DNA from: Amoeboradix gromovi X-113
Taxonomy: Eukaryota > Fungi > Sanchytriomycota
Reading direction: 5' to 3'
Assembly (NCBI GenBank): GCA_018985225.1
Contig: JADGIF010000551.1
Coordinates: 1 to 6,758, forward strand
DNA length: 6,758 nucleotides
Shown here in pieces: positions 6,270 to 6,758 of this stretch (positions are counted from its first letter, which is position 1; each line of letters starts with the position of its first letter). The position numbers and the translations under genes were made by a program. The notes beneath the pieces are model-generated. The model worked only from the letters and a program-made list of their open reading frames with translations. It was not told the origin of the DNA and did not search any database.

Positions 6270-6758
6270 TTTATTTATTCACAGATTCATCAATATTTAT
6301 CCGCAGTAGCTTATTTTTGCATCTATGAGTTTGTAAAATTTCAATTGTTTAGGTAATTAGTTACGATGTTTAAGTTACTCATGAATAAGAAAGGGTTAAG
6401 TCTGTAAGCATATTTTAATAACCATCAATTGAAGATCTAAGGTAACTGGATTTAAAGAGCACATTAAGTGGAGCAGATAGTGCAGAGCGAGGCTGATCCG
6501 GCCAAGTGACAATATCTTGTCTATTTCTTGCCCAACTACAAATCTCTCTGCCATACTCAACCGATAGGGCTTCGAAATAACTACTGTACTGTCAGTCACA
6601 GTCTGATGCGCGACAGCGCTGTAGTTGTAGAAGCACCACCTCCTTTGTTCTCAAAATAACCAAACATATGGGACATCAAATATAAAAACTGGACTAACTT
6701 TCTGTAACAACTTGGAACATTATTTAAGAGGCGAGTGGACATTCAGCTACTTGCGGAG
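6270..6758 (-). mobile_element. Degenerate Ty3/gypsy-type pol fragment: reverse transcriptase N-terminal region, frameshifted, probably continuing beyond the window
   Basis: Minus-strand pieces occur in the expected order: KLVQFLYLMSHMF...SRIRL / TDSTVVISKPYRLSMAERFVVGQEIDKILSLGRI (cf. PYRxSxxExxxIxxEIxxMLxxGII) / SALSAPLNVLFKSSYLRSSID (cf. SPWASPVVLVxKxxGxLRxCID) / FYKLIDAKISYC at 6338-6303 (cf. YFSxLDLxSGYWQ) / INIDES. Multiple frameshifts and stops; no YxDD motif is visible. Confidence 0.75.

Overview
This is eukaryotic, AT-rich genomic DNA, not prokaryotic, and most likely from an early-diverging (chytrid-like) fungus; the taxonomy is inferred from gene content. The first 4.5 kb is a compact four-gene block: a plant/Dictyostelium peroxisomal-type citrate synthase (+), a convergent Rax1-like RGS-domain membrane protein (-), a small secreted Cys-rich cell-wall-type protein (+), and a secreted 2xCBM18 (hevein) + CE4 chitin deacetylase (+). 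The ORF track splits the citrate synthase and the deacetylase in two. Each break is repaired exactly by removing an ultra-short GT-AG intron: 20 nt (1391-1410) and 19 nt (3945-3963). Splicing restores the conserved motifs GFPTDMFPVLF and SFDDGP. Both introns share the consensus GTAWT...AYTMATKTAG, with an A six nt from the 3' end. These tiny spliceosomal introns are the most notable signal. From about 4.6 kb the window becomes decayed sequence: a Ty3/gypsy-type integrase C-terminus relic (+), an unexplained AT-rich stretch with phased A-tracts and small hairpins, and a Ty3/gypsy-type reverse transcriptase N-terminal relic (-) running toward the right edge. No database searches could be run; family calls rest on recalled motifs.
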